Below, one piece after another: positions 17,925 to 27,916 of a DNA stretch of 64,000 bases (position 1 is the first letter of the stretch; each line of letters starts with the position of its first letter). Below the pieces are notes generated by a model. The model saw only the letters and a program-made list of their open reading frames with translations. It did not search any database and was not told where the DNA came from. Position numbers and translations under genes: made by a program. The DNA lies in the NCBI GenBank assembly GCA_027623195.1, contig JAQBUT010000005.1:64001-128000 (forward strand), in the 5' to 3' direction. The DNA comes from Chloroflexota bacterium (GTDB lineage Bacteria > Chloroflexota > Dehalococcoidia > Lucifugimonadales > JADFKI01).

Positions 17925-20780
17925 TTACCTGTTCATCCAGTCCCTGATAACCGTATCCAACTCGTGCAAATCGCATGAGGTGAACTTGGCCGGGGGCAAC
18001 GATTTCAGGAAAGACTGGCCATATCGCCGGGACACAAGACGCTTGTCCAGTAGAATGGCCACGCCTCGATCACTCTTGGTACGGATAAGCCGACCGAAGC
18101 CCTGCCGTAGTCGCAGAATGGCCTGTGGCACCGCGTATTCCATAAATGAGTTCTCGTATAACTCCGAACGAGCGGCGAACACAGGGTCCGAGGGTACGCT
18201 AAAGGGAAGTCGGGTAACGAGCAAAACCTTCAACGCGTCACCCGGCAAGTCCACACCTTCCCAGAAGCTGGCGGTGCCAATAAGCACCGACTTCGGGTTA
18301 TCCATGAAGCGTTGGACTAGCTGCCTGGGCGAGCCGTCTGTGCCTTGGGCTAGCACGGTTATTCCTCTGGACTGAAGGTCCTCCCGCACAGCGGAGGCTG
18401 TGGCCTGAAGGCCTGCATAAGAGGTGAAAAGAGCCATAGTACGCCCGTCCACGGCTATGGCAGCATCTTTCACGGCCTGTTCGACGGCCTCCTGGTACGC
18501 ATAGGAGTTGGGCTCGGGCATGTCCTGAGGCACGCAGATTAGCGCCGAATTCGGGTAATCGAAAGGTGAGCCCAGCAAAAGCTCCTCTGCATCGGTAAAA
18601 CCGGTGCGCTCCACCACGTGACTAAAGCTGTCATTGGTGCTTAAGGTCGCGCTGGTGAGCACCACGCAGTCTTTTGTGGAGAACAGGATCTCCTCCAGTG
18701 TGTCGCCTACGTGAAGCGGTGCGGAGTAGAGGACCAGCTCCTGATTTCTGCCGAGGCGCCGCGCCCAATAAATACCGTCGCTCTTCGGATTTGGCACGAA
18801 CTCCTTCAGCTTGTCTCGCAGCTCCGTGTTGGTCTGAAGGTTGTTGTATATCTCCATAAGGAGACCGTCGTAATTGAGAAGGTTTGCATCTTCTAGGCCT
18901 TCCAGCGAAACATTAAGGCGACGAATCTCCGTGCCAAGCTCGGACAGCATAACGTCGGCGTTCTGCCACTGAATCTCCAAGTCGGACCAACCCGGCTGCG
19001 AACGCGTGCCCGCCGTGACCCGCACCTCCTGACCTTTGCCGTTATCGGAGGCCGAGTCCATGACCGAGCCAATGCCTGCGAAAAGCTGTGCCACGTTATC
19101 TCGGACCCTGGGCAGAAGCTCCGTTATCTTGGCCGCCTGCTTTTCTACGGAATCTTTACGGCCAGCGGAGGCTGTTGCGGTCCTGAAGGCGTTTATCGAC
19201 TCGTTCAGCAGCCCACGCTCTCCGCTCAGAGACTGCGTATGGTCATCGAAACGGGCCTGGCTCAACTCAAATCCGAGGTGACGCGTGGCCTCCTCTTCGA
19301 GGTGATGAGCCTCGTCAATAATCAAAAGGTCGTATTCCGGGATGAGCGTGCCGCCAGCCGTGAGGTCCGAAAGAAGCAGGGCATGATTCACGACAACGAG
19401 ATGGGACGCCGCCGCCTTCTCCCTGGATGCACGTAAAAAACACGGACCGCCTGAACTCAGGCAGTCCGTGGCGCCCTGAGCGGAGAGCCTGTCCCACGGC
19501 GCGGCGGTGTTGCGGCTACCCAGATTCAACTCGCTACGGTCGCCGGTTTCCGTAGTCTGCAGCCATACCATTATCTTGGCCAACATACGGGCTTCGTCTT
19601 CGTCGATGCTATCGTTCGAACGCAGGTGGTTCCATCGGCGCAAACAAAGGTAATTTGCCCTGCCCTTGAGCTGTGTGAATTTCAGTTCCTCAGCGTTTAG
19701 CCCCTCAATGGCCGACAGCGCCTGCACCAGGATAGGCACGTCCTTGCCCACAAGTTGTTCCTGCAACGCGATGGTGTTGGTAGAAACCACAACACGCTTG
19801 TTGTTTGCCAGGGCATAAAGAGCGGCAGGCAGCAGGTAGGCCAGCGATTTACCTACACCGGTTCCCGCCTCGACCAGCAGACGCTGGCCCTCGTTAATGG
19901 CCTTGGTTACGGCCTTTGCCATCTCCGCCTGTTCGGGTCTGTGGTCAAAACCAGGCAATGCCTGGGCCAGAGGGCTTCCCTCACTAAACAGGCTCGTCAC
20001 CAGGTCTTCATCGACCTTGGTGACATCCCTGCTCGGGCGCAACGACCGTTCTCGTTGTAGCCTCTTCTCCAGGTCGCCGGTATCCAGGCCGCTGATGTCC
20101 ACACTGGTTCTGAACTTAGGGGGAAGAGCCGCCATACCAGGCATTCCAGAGCCGTTCCCTGATGGGTTCGCTCCCAGGCCACGCAGCAGGTAGCCCAGAA
20201 CCCACGACGACCTGTCAGCCAGGCGCTGCATCTCCGCCACAGAATTGACATCTAGTTTCGCAGCGTCCTTGAGAAGCTCGACGAAAAGCTCTTTAGTAGC
20301 CAGGGCGTCATCGATTGCTCTGTGGGGTCGGTCGTGCGTCAGCCCCATACGGTCCGTCAAGCGGGAGAGGGAATACTCAGGCATACCAGGGTGCAGCACG
20401 TAGACCATATCCCAGGTGTCGCAACGTGGGTTGCTGAGCTTGAGGCCCGCCTTCTCCAGAAAGCCGACGTCGAAGGCAACGTTGTGACCGATAATTGGCG
20501 CGTTGCCTAGAAAGGCGGCCAGGCGGCCCACCACCAGTTCAAAGGGCGGCGCTTCATCCACCTGCTCCTGGGAAATGCTGGTGAAACGCTTGATAAAGGA
20601 CGATAGCTTTCGACTGGGGTTAACAAAGGTCTGGAACGTATCCAGGACCTGTTCGCCCTGAAACTTGACCGCGCCAATCTCTATGATGGCTTCCTTATCA
20701 ACGTTCAGGCCGGTGGTCTCGAGGTCGATGGCTACCCACACGTCTTCAAAGGGCGAAGTGTGGAGAGGGAAAAGAGTCAT
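17925..20780 (-). CDS. dinG: DnaQ-like exonuclease / DinG helicase fusion
   Basis: DEDDh (DLETTG, HNVAFD, HRAIDDA), EAGTGVGKS, DEAH, SATL, QGFGRLIR. Confidence 0.93.
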   Translation of the reverse strand: MTLFPLHTSPFEDVWVAIDLETTGLNVDKEAIIEIGAVKFQGEQVLDTFQTFVNPSRKLSSFIKRFTSISQEQVDEAPPFELVVGRLAAFLGNAPIIGHNVAFDVGFLEKAGLKLSNPRCDTWDMVYVLHPGMPEYSLSRLTDRMGLTHDRPHRAIDDALATKELFVELLKDAAKLDVNSVAEMQRLADRSSWVLGYLLRGLGANPSGNGSGMPGMAALPPKFRTSVDISGLDTGDLEKRLQRERSLRPSRDVTKVDEDLVTSLFSEGSPLAQALPGFDHRPEQAEMAKAVTKAINEGQRLLVEAGTGVGKSLAYLLPAALYALANNKRVVVSTNTIALQEQLVGKDVPILVQALSAIEGLNAEELKFTQLKGRANYLCLRRWNHLRSNDSIDEDEARMLAKIMVWLQTTETGDRSELNLGSRNTAAPWDRLSAQGATDCLSSGGPCFLRASREKAAASHLVVVNHALLLSDLTAGGTLIPEYDLLIIDEAHHLEEEATRHLGFELSQARFDDHTQSLSGERGLLNESINAFRTATASAGRKDSVEKQAAKITELLPRVRDNVAQLFAGIGSVMDSASDNGKGQEVRVTAGTRSQPGWSDLEIQWQNADVMLSELGTEIRRLNVSLEGLEDANLLNYDGLLMEIYNNLQTNTELRDKLKEFVPNPKSDGIYWARRLGRNQELVLYSAPLHVGDTLEEILFSTKDCVVLTSATLSTNDSFSHVVERTGFTDAEELLLGSPFDYPNSALICVPQDMPEPNSYAYQEAVEQAVKDAAIAVDGRTMALFTSYAGLQATASAVREDLQSRGITVLAQGTDGSPRQLVQRFMDNPKSVLIGTASFWEGVDLPGDALKVLLVTRLPFSVPSDPVFAARSELYENSFMEYAVPQAILRLRQGFGRLIRTKSDRGVAILLDKRLVSRRYGQSFLKSLPPAKFTSCDLHELDTVIRDWMNR

Positions 20781-21064
20781 AGGTGACGCTCACTAGAATG
20801 GCGGATGAGTTGGCTTCTGTTCACGTAACCATGCTAGCAAATTCACGGGCCTAAAGTCTGCGACGAGGGATGCGGATTTCATGCGTCGATGTGGTAATAA
20901 ACAGGGCTACGCTCTTTGAAATCTTATCCGTGGAGTGTAGAAGAGATGAACTGGATTGAACCTATGGCAGTCGGGACTAATGGAAGAAAAAGAGGAATTT
21001 CGCCGAGGAAATTTAATGGCCAAACGCCTTACCGGCTAATTGCCCGGATAGGTCAGGCAAATCA

Positions 21065-21169
21065 TTAGACTCCGAATGAACGCAAGGCGCCCATAATCAA
21101 CACCAGTCCCAGGAAACCCAAAAGGCCAAAAGCCAATGAGAGCACAAGGAAAGAGATAGTAAGCTCCAT
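21065..21169 (-). CDS. Putative small single-TM protein (34 aa)
   Basis: Manual translation MELTISFLVLSLAFGLLGFLGLVLIMGALRSFGV; below the ORF-track cutoff. Confidence 0.4.
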   Translation of the reverse strand: MELTISFLVLSLAFGLLGFLGLVLIMGALRSFGV

Positions 21170-21727
21170 GCTGAACCTGATACCCCTACTCAACACTGTT
21201 TGCAACATCGCTTACCCCCCCCGAGTTTGATCACGTTTATAGTCCTGCCCAACACTAAGTGAAGTTACTAGGTTGCGTAGGCCCTAACCACTCGATAGGT
21301 CGTCCAGCCCAACATACACAGCAGGGGCATAATCATGACCAAGATGCCGTAGGCCATCCAGCGCTCAAAATAGTAAATCCAATTTGGACTGACCACACCA
21401 AACCGAAAGGCATTGCTCTTGGATGTCCAAACGCCCAGAAACAGCAGCAGGGACCATAAGAGACCGGTCCACTGTATCTCCTTGAGAGAGTAGCCTGACG
21501 ATCCAATTCCTATTGCGCTAAGACACATTTACAAGTTTCCAATTTGTTTGGCCTGATAAAAGGCATGCGAAAACTCACCCACAAAACACACAGCGTCATC
21601 GTCCCACTAAGCCTTCGCATACCCGGGATGAAATTCTTACGTTCAAGCATCGGGTATTGGATTGAATATCTTGGGGGCTGGCAGGTCGCTATGCGGTTAA
21701 TTTCAAGTGAACTAATGGGGACATCAT

Positions 21728-22333
21728 GTGACCGTAACGTTAGGGAAGGATCAAACGTCCGAACGAGCGGAGAAGGCCGTAGTCTTTGGTCCTTCCTACG
21801 GAGGCTTCGTGGCGCAGGAGTTTGCCCTTCGCCATTCTCATAAGGTCGCTCTTCTAATCCTATGCGACACCGCCCCTGGACAGGTCGGGCGGAACCAGAC
21901 TGCTGAGGAGGCTTTTGGGCCGCCGCCACCGCCCGAATATCTGGAGATGCTGGCCAACCCGCCCCAAACGGACGAGGAGTTGTCCACAGTTATGAACGGC
22001 ATGATGCCCTTGTACCTCCACAAGGCCAAAGCCTCCGATCACCCCCCGGCTCTAGAGGGAACGATATTCAGCATTGCTGCGATGAATCGAAGTTTCGAGG
22101 TCACTTCTATTTGGAGCGCCCTGGACCGTCTGTCGACCATAACGGCCCCAACGTTGCTTTTGGTGGGCAAACACGATACATTCACATCGCCTTCGCAGAC
22201 CTACCGAATCGCTCGGCAGTTACCCCATGCCGAAATGGTGGATTTCGACGAAAGCGGATATATGCCCTGGATGGGTGAGCCGAATAGGTCTTTCCAAGTG
22301 GTGGGCGACTGGCTCCAAAAATGTGAGCTTTAA
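21728..22333 (+). pseudogene. Alpha/beta hydrolase fragment (proline iminopeptidase-like), N-terminally truncated
   Basis: GPSYGG nucleophile elbow only ~20 aa from the start; PTLLLVGKHD; the expected catalytic His reads SGY. Confidence 0.65.
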
Positions 22334-22398
22334 TTTCTTGGGTATCTATTAATAACATTGCGCGGTCCCGCGCCGTAAATGATTGAATTGAGAGGTAA

Positions 22399-23478
22399 AT
22401 GATGAGTCTAGATTTCGTCACAAATGAAGAGGTGATTCAGGCAGCGAGAGCGAGGCTGCCCCAGAGCGCCTGGGATTATCTTTCCGGCGCATCCGAGTCG
22501 GAAACGACCATGCGACGCAACCGACTGGCATTCGACAAGGTAGCGTTTCGTCCCAGGGTGCTGGTAGATGTCTCCAGCGTAGACCCCTCAACGACCTTCC
22601 TGGGCCACAAGCTCCGCATTCCCGTCATGCCTGCACCTGTGGGTTCATTGCAGGAATTCACGCCGGAAGGCGGAGCCGCCACCACAAAGGCGTGTGCCGA
22701 GTTCGGAACCATGCACGTTGTCAGCTCCGTCACTGAGCCTAGCCTGGAAGCCATCGCTGAGAGCGGCGATAATCCCAAAGTATTCCAACTCTACGTCCAC
22801 GGCGACTGGGAGTGGACAAAAGACCTGATAGACCGGGCAAAGGCGGCTGGCTACGTGGGACTGTGCACAACTGTGGATACCGCCCATTACAGCCGCAGAG
22901 AAAGGCCTCTGCGCGGCCGCTGGGAACCACCTACGCGCAGGGTAACCAGAGACCCGTTCTGGTCAGCGTCGGTTACGTGGGACTCCATTGACAAGTACAA
23001 GGCTCATTCCGGGTTGCCGTACATGCTTAAAGGCATCGCCACCGCCGAGGACGCCAAAATCGCGGTGGACCATGGCGTGGATGTCATATGGGTGTCGAAC
23101 CACGGTGGCCGCCAGCTAGACCACGGACTGGGCACCATGGACATGCTCCCCGAAATCGTCGAGGCCGTGGACGGGCGTGCCGAGATCGTTCTGGACGGTG
23201 GCATTCAGCGAGGAAGTGATGTGGTCAAGGCCGCAGCCATGGGAGTTAAAGCTGTCGCAATCGGCAAACTCCAGTGCTGGGGACTGGGCGCCGCAGGCAA
23301 GGACGGCTTGGTTCGCGTGTTGGAAATCCTGGAAGAGGAGATGATCGTCGCCATGGCCCTGATGGGCGTCACCTCCCTTGACCAGTTAAATTCGAACTAC
23401 GTCACAAAAGCAGATCTCGTAACCATGCCTCATGAGATGAGCACATGGGTGAACAAGCCTGTGGACAGGATTCTTTAG
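22399..23478 (+). CDS. FMN-dependent alpha-hydroxy acid oxidase/dehydrogenase
   Basis: RPRVLVDVS, FQLY, LKGI, VSNHGGRQLD, DGGIQRGSDV. Confidence 0.95.
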   Translation: MMSLDFVTNEEVIQAARARLPQSAWDYLSGASESETTMRRNRLAFDKVAFRPRVLVDVSSVDPSTTFLGHKLRIPVMPAPVGSLQEFTPEGGAATTKACAEFGTMHVVSSVTEPSLEAIAESGDNPKVFQLYVHGDWEWTKDLIDRAKAAGYVGLCTTVDTAHYSRRERPLRGRWEPPTRRVTRDPFWSASVTWDSIDKYKAHSGLPYMLKGIATAEDAKIAVDHGVDVIWVSNHGGRQLDHGLGTMDMLPEIVEAVDGRAEIVLDGGIQRGSDVVKAAAMGVKAVAIGKLQCWGLGAAGKDGLVRVLEILEEEMIVAMALMGVTSLDQLNSNYVTKADLVTMPHEMSTWVNKPVDRIL

Positions 23479-23487
23479 GCAACTAAA

Positions 23488-23523
23488 TCAGGCCGCTTGG
23501 ACAGCCATGTTCAGGCGGCCTGA
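23488..23523. terminator. Hairpin between convergent genes
   Basis: TCAGGCCGCTTGGACA/TGTTCAGGCGGCCTGA stem with G-U pairs; no long U-tract. Confidence 0.5.
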
Positions 23524-23539
23524 ACGACCCTTAACCTGT

Positions 23540-24565
23540 CTACAACGCCGCTCGTACCTTGGGAATCACCTCTTCAGCGATAAGATGCAGCGTTTCCAGT
23601 ATCAGGCCCTGCGGCATGCCACCCCACTCGATGCTCATAATCAGATGGTTGATGCCTATGCTCTCGCGTATGCCCAGAATCTGCTCCGCCACCTCGTCGG
23701 GCGACCCAATGAGAAACCGGTCCCCGAAAAGCTCCTCGAACTCTCCGCCCAGGTCGTTGTCGCCCTCGGGCATCTGACGGTCCTGGCCCCAGCTGTGATA
23801 GGCCGCGTACTTCTTCTCGATGAAGGGACCGCAGACCCGCATGGCCTCTTCCCGAGTTCGCGCCACGAATAGCTCGCGGCGCATGGGCAACTCTTCCGGA
23901 AATGGCTTGCCTACTCTGTCCAGGGCCTGGCAGTAAATCTCCATCTGCCGCTTTATGGTGCCTATGCGGTTGTGAGGATTGATGTACCAGCAGTCGCCCA
24001 ACCGGGCCGTGCGATCAATGGCTGCGTCGGCGTTGGCTCCAATCCAGATTGGCGGATGGGGGTCCTGCAAAGGCTTTGGCAGGCAAGACGCACCAATCAG
24101 TTCGAAGTGGTCCGCCTTCATGTCCACCGACTCCTCGGTCCAGAGCCGCTTGATGGCGATAAGGTTTTCCTCGAAGCGCTTGCCCCGCTGACTCATAGGC
24201 ACGCCGAACGCCTTGAACTCGACATCGCGATAACCCAGCGCGGCGCCGAATATGATGCGCCCTCCGGACATGATGTCTAACGTCGCGAACTGCTCGGCGA
24301 TCTCCAGGGGGGTGTACAGCGACAGCAACACGATGCCTGCGTTCAGTCGGACATTGGGGGCCTCCGCGCTGAGCCTGGCCAGCATAGGTATCTGCTGAAA
24401 GGACTGGAATGGCGGCGTGCTGAAGTGGGACGTGGCGGTCAAAGAGTCAAAGCCTAAGGCATCAGCAGTCCTGGCCTGCTCCAGTATCTCCTCGAAGCGC
24501 ACGCCGATATCGTCGCCCATGGGGTACTGCCCACGCAGCACCAACCCAAATTCAAAATCTTTCAC
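23540..24565 (-). CDS. LLM-class flavin-dependent oxidoreductase
   Basis: ADALGFD, AEQFATLDIMSGGR, PKPLQDPHPPIWIG, IGSPDEVAE. Confidence 0.92.
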   Translation of the reverse strand: MKDFEFGLVLRGQYPMGDDIGVRFEEILEQARTADALGFDSLTATSHFSTPPFQSFQQIPMLARLSAEAPNVRLNAGIVLLSLYTPLEIAEQFATLDIMSGGRIIFGAALGYRDVEFKAFGVPMSQRGKRFEENLIAIKRLWTEESVDMKADHFELIGASCLPKPLQDPHPPIWIGANADAAIDRTARLGDCWYINPHNRIGTIKRQMEIYCQALDRVGKPFPEELPMRRELFVARTREEAMRVCGPFIEKKYAAYHSWGQDRQMPEGDNDLGGEFEELFGDRFLIGSPDEVAEQILGIRESIGINHLIMSIEWGGMPQGLILETLHLIAEEVIPKVRAAL

Positions 24566-24741
24566 TTTTTGAAATTACTCCCCTTCGCGGTCGCTGAAGT
24601 TCTTGTAGGCTATGGGACCTCGCGCGAAAAGTGCCAAATCCGAATGTCCTGTCATGGGTAAACTCAGGCAAATTCGAGTCCCAACTAACGCGTCCAAAAC
24701 CCATCGCTACCTAATCCTCTTGTGAAATTGGTAAAGCTAGC

Positions 24742-26652
24742 CTAGCCGCCACCCAGGCTGGCCTTCATAGCCTGCCAGGCCTGACGGGCCTCCTCCACAG
24801 AGCCTTCGTCTTCGATGGTCGTTATGTCACCGGGATCCTGGTCCAGGACGACGGCCTTGAACACGCGACGCATTATCTTGCCGCTACGAGTTTTCGGCAG
24901 CATATCCACGAAATTCAGCTCACCAATAACCGCGATCGGGCCTAGCTCTCGGCGCACCGCCTGTAGCAGTTCGCCCTTCAACTCATCAGAGGCGGTGTAG
25001 TCGTTCTTCAACACCACGAAGGCGGAGATAACCTCCCCACGAAGCTGGTCAGGACGGCCTGTTACGCCTGCCTCGGCCACGGCGGTATGAGTCAGCAGTG
25101 CAGACTCCACTTCAATGGTGCCAAGCCGGTGCGCGGCGATCTTGATGACCTCGTCGGCGCGCCCGGCGAACCAGACGTAGCCGTCCTCATCGATGTGCGC
25201 CGAGTCTCCGGTGAAGTACACCTGCGCCCCTGGAATCTTGCCCCAATAATCAGAAGCGTAGCGTTCCTCTTCGCCCCACAGCGTTGGCGTAAGGCTAGGG
25301 AAGGGCCGCGTGATTACCAGGATGCCCTTTTCGCCCGTCTCGCATGGCTGGCCCTCGGGCGTCATGACGGCGGCCTCTATCCCCGGCATGGGAACGCCCG
25401 ACGACCCCGGTTTTATGGGTAGCATGGACAGTCCGTAGGGATTTCCTACCATCGGCCCGCCGGTCTCCGTCTGCCAGTAATGATCGATTACCGGAATGCG
25501 ATCATCCAGGATGTCCTTCTGAAGCCACTCCCACGCAGGAGGATTCAAGACCTCGCCCGCGCAGAATATTTTAGTCAGGGAATGCATTGGCGTCTTGGGC
25601 CGGGCAACATCGCCGTAGCGCATCAGCAGCCGGACTGCCGTGGGTGACGTAAAGATGCCGGTGACCGCGAACTCCTCCGCTATCTGCCAGATGAGATCGG
25701 GGGCGGGATGATCCACCGCTCCCTCGAAGGCGATGGTGGTGCATCCGGCCAGCAGGGGCCCGTACACAATGTAGCTGTGCCCGACGATCCACCCAATGTC
25801 CGAGGTGGCCCACCAGACGTCATCGGGTTTGAGATCAAAGGTCCATTTACCCATGCTGTGCACGCCAACCTGGTAGCCGCCGTGAGTGTGGACTGCCAGC
25901 TTGGGCTTTGCCGTGGTGCCCGAGGTAGCCAGTATGAAGGCCGGCTCGTTGGACTCCATAACCTCATGGCTGTCGTCCTGTCCCTGTCCGCGACTCAGGA
26001 AATCGTCCCAGGTGATGTCCCGGTCCGGGGTCATGGGCACATCGTCGCGCCGATTCAGGACCACGACGTGCTCCACCGTTTCGCCAGCTATCTCCATGGA
26101 AGCGTCGATGATGCCCTTCAGGGGAATGTCCTTACCCTTGCGGTAGGTGATGTCCGTGGTGAAGACCAGCTTTGAGCCGCTGGCCTGGATGCGGTCCCCT
26201 AACGCGCCCGAGCCAAATCCGGCAAACACGACAGAGTGTATCGCTCCGATTCTCAAGGTAGCCAGCATGAGCATAATGGCTTCAGGACACACCGGCATGT
26301 AGATAGTCAGGCGGTCGCCTTTCTTTATGCCCATTCCCCGAAGAGCGGCGGCCACCTGCTTGACGCCGTGCAGAAGCTGAGCGTAGGTCAGCACTCGCCT
26401 CTCGCCGCGTTCCGTGACGTACGCTATCGCAGCGTGCCCTCCCCGACCATTCTCGACGTGCCGGTCTACGCAGTTGTAAGCCAGGTTGGTCTGCGCCCCC
26501 AGAAACCATCGAAACTTTGGAAAGTCCCATTGAAAAACCTTGTCCCATTTGCGGAACCAGGGAAGCTGGTCGGCTGCTCTTGCCCAAAAACCTTCTGGAT
26601 CAGCGGTCGCCTCTGCGCGCCATCGTCGTGCGATAGGGTTAACCGTTTCCAT
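24742..26652 (-). CDS. acs: Acetate/short-chain acyl-CoA ligase
   Basis: TSGTTAKPK, DIGWIVGHSY, YWQTETGG, LPKTRSGKIMRR. Confidence 0.9.
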   Translation of the reverse strand: METVNPIARRWRAEATADPEGFWARAADQLPWFRKWDKVFQWDFPKFRWFLGAQTNLAYNCVDRHVENGRGGHAAIAYVTERGERRVLTYAQLLHGVKQVAAALRGMGIKKGDRLTIYMPVCPEAIMLMLATLRIGAIHSVVFAGFGSGALGDRIQASGSKLVFTTDITYRKGKDIPLKGIIDASMEIAGETVEHVVVLNRRDDVPMTPDRDITWDDFLSRGQGQDDSHEVMESNEPAFILATSGTTAKPKLAVHTHGGYQVGVHSMGKWTFDLKPDDVWWATSDIGWIVGHSYIVYGPLLAGCTTIAFEGAVDHPAPDLIWQIAEEFAVTGIFTSPTAVRLLMRYGDVARPKTPMHSLTKIFCAGEVLNPPAWEWLQKDILDDRIPVIDHYWQTETGGPMVGNPYGLSMLPIKPGSSGVPMPGIEAAVMTPEGQPCETGEKGILVITRPFPSLTPTLWGEEERYASDYWGKIPGAQVYFTGDSAHIDEDGYVWFAGRADEVIKIAAHRLGTIEVESALLTHTAVAEAGVTGRPDQLRGEVISAFVVLKNDYTASDELKGELLQAVRRELGPIAVIGELNFVDMLPKTRSGKIMRRVFKAVVLDQDPGDITTIEDEGSVEEARQAWQAMKASLGGG

Positions 26653-26794
26653 GCTGCGCCTCCTGTGAAAATTCCGAGGGTTATTTACCAAGCCACCAAT
26701 ATGGCGAAAGGATATCGCCGTACGTCAGGGATAGCAAATATTTCTGGGTTGTTGGCGACACTGGGGGTCGTGCCACAAGCAATACAGAGGGGAA

Positions 26795-27484
26795 CTACAG
26801 GCGGAAGGGCTGGATGTCGCCTATGTGCAGGTTTTGCGCAGGAGTGAAGGCTTTGGCCTTGAGAGCCTCGATGAGGTCCGACTCGCCGCTGATGTCGCCG
26901 TCGAACATAGTGACGCACTTGCCCAGGCCGTGCGTCGAATGAACATCGCTGCCCCCTGTGCCGCCCAGGCCAAGCCTGGCTGCGACGTCCAGCGTGAACA
27001 GGTTTTCCTGGTCTGTGTTGGAACCGTTGGCCACCTCGATATCGTCTACCAACTGAAACAACGGATGCCCGGATGCCTCCTCGGCCGTCTCAGGTTGCAC
27101 GGCGGAGCCCTTGAAAAGAAGGTTCACGTTGTACGGAGGTTTGTTGAAGAGGTTCCGGAAAGGGTGTGCGGAAACCATGACTCCCCCTGCCCTGTTGACC
27201 GCCTTACGAAGCTCGTTGGCCTTGTGCATGCCGCTGGTGTAGCGGTGAAGGCCAAAAACAAGGATGTGCCCCATGTCTGTGTCGACTTCCAAGGCCCGTA
27301 TTACGGTAAGGCCCGCACCACGAAACGTAGACACCAGTTCGGGTGTTTCCCAGCCACCTCCATGTTCAGTGAGACACACGCCGTCCAGACCTATCCTTTG
27401 GGCTTCCGCTATTAGCTGATCGGGCGTGAGGCTGCTGTCGCTGCTGCCTCGGACGGTATGTACATGTAGGTCAAATACTGCCAA
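26795..27484 (-). CDS. PHP-domain metal-dependent phosphoesterase
   Basis: DLHVHT, TEH, GHIL, AHPF, GGSDVH. Confidence 0.9.
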   Translation of the reverse strand: MAVFDLHVHTVRGSSDSSLTPDQLIAEAQRIGLDGVCLTEHGGGWETPELVSTFRGAGLTVIRALEVDTDMGHILVFGLHRYTSGMHKANELRKAVNRAGGVMVSAHPFRNLFNKPPYNVNLLFKGSAVQPETAEEASGHPLFQLVDDIEVANGSNTDQENLFTLDVAARLGLGGTGGSDVHSTHGLGKCVTMFDGDISGESDLIEALKAKAFTPAQNLHIGDIQPFRL

Positions 27485-27916
27485 ATCTTTTGGAAACTCC
27501 GATTCAATTTGTTATGGACGGCTTTGCGGACGAGCAATAGCGCTCTAGAACCATTCTAATTGCGAGGCTTATGAACGGTCAATGCAGCCAGGTAAAGGCC
27601 TTGAACGGAGATATTGGGCAATCAAGAAAGGTGGATTTATTATCAGTACATACTCATATATTGACACTTAACTTAATGAAAACATCTTATTATGCTCTGC
27701 AAACTTAGCTTAACACTTACTTATCTTGTTTTATGAGTATAGGTGTTTGTGAGTATTGCACTCCCAATATATTGCGGGTTTAAGAATTTCGCACTGGCTG
27801 TTAAGAATTCAATTTTCAGAGTAATGCAAAGTTTCGTTCATCTCAGGACGATCAATCTCCATCACCCACGAATAACCGCTAGACCGACATCAGTAACGAG
27901 GAAGGAGCGTAACGCT

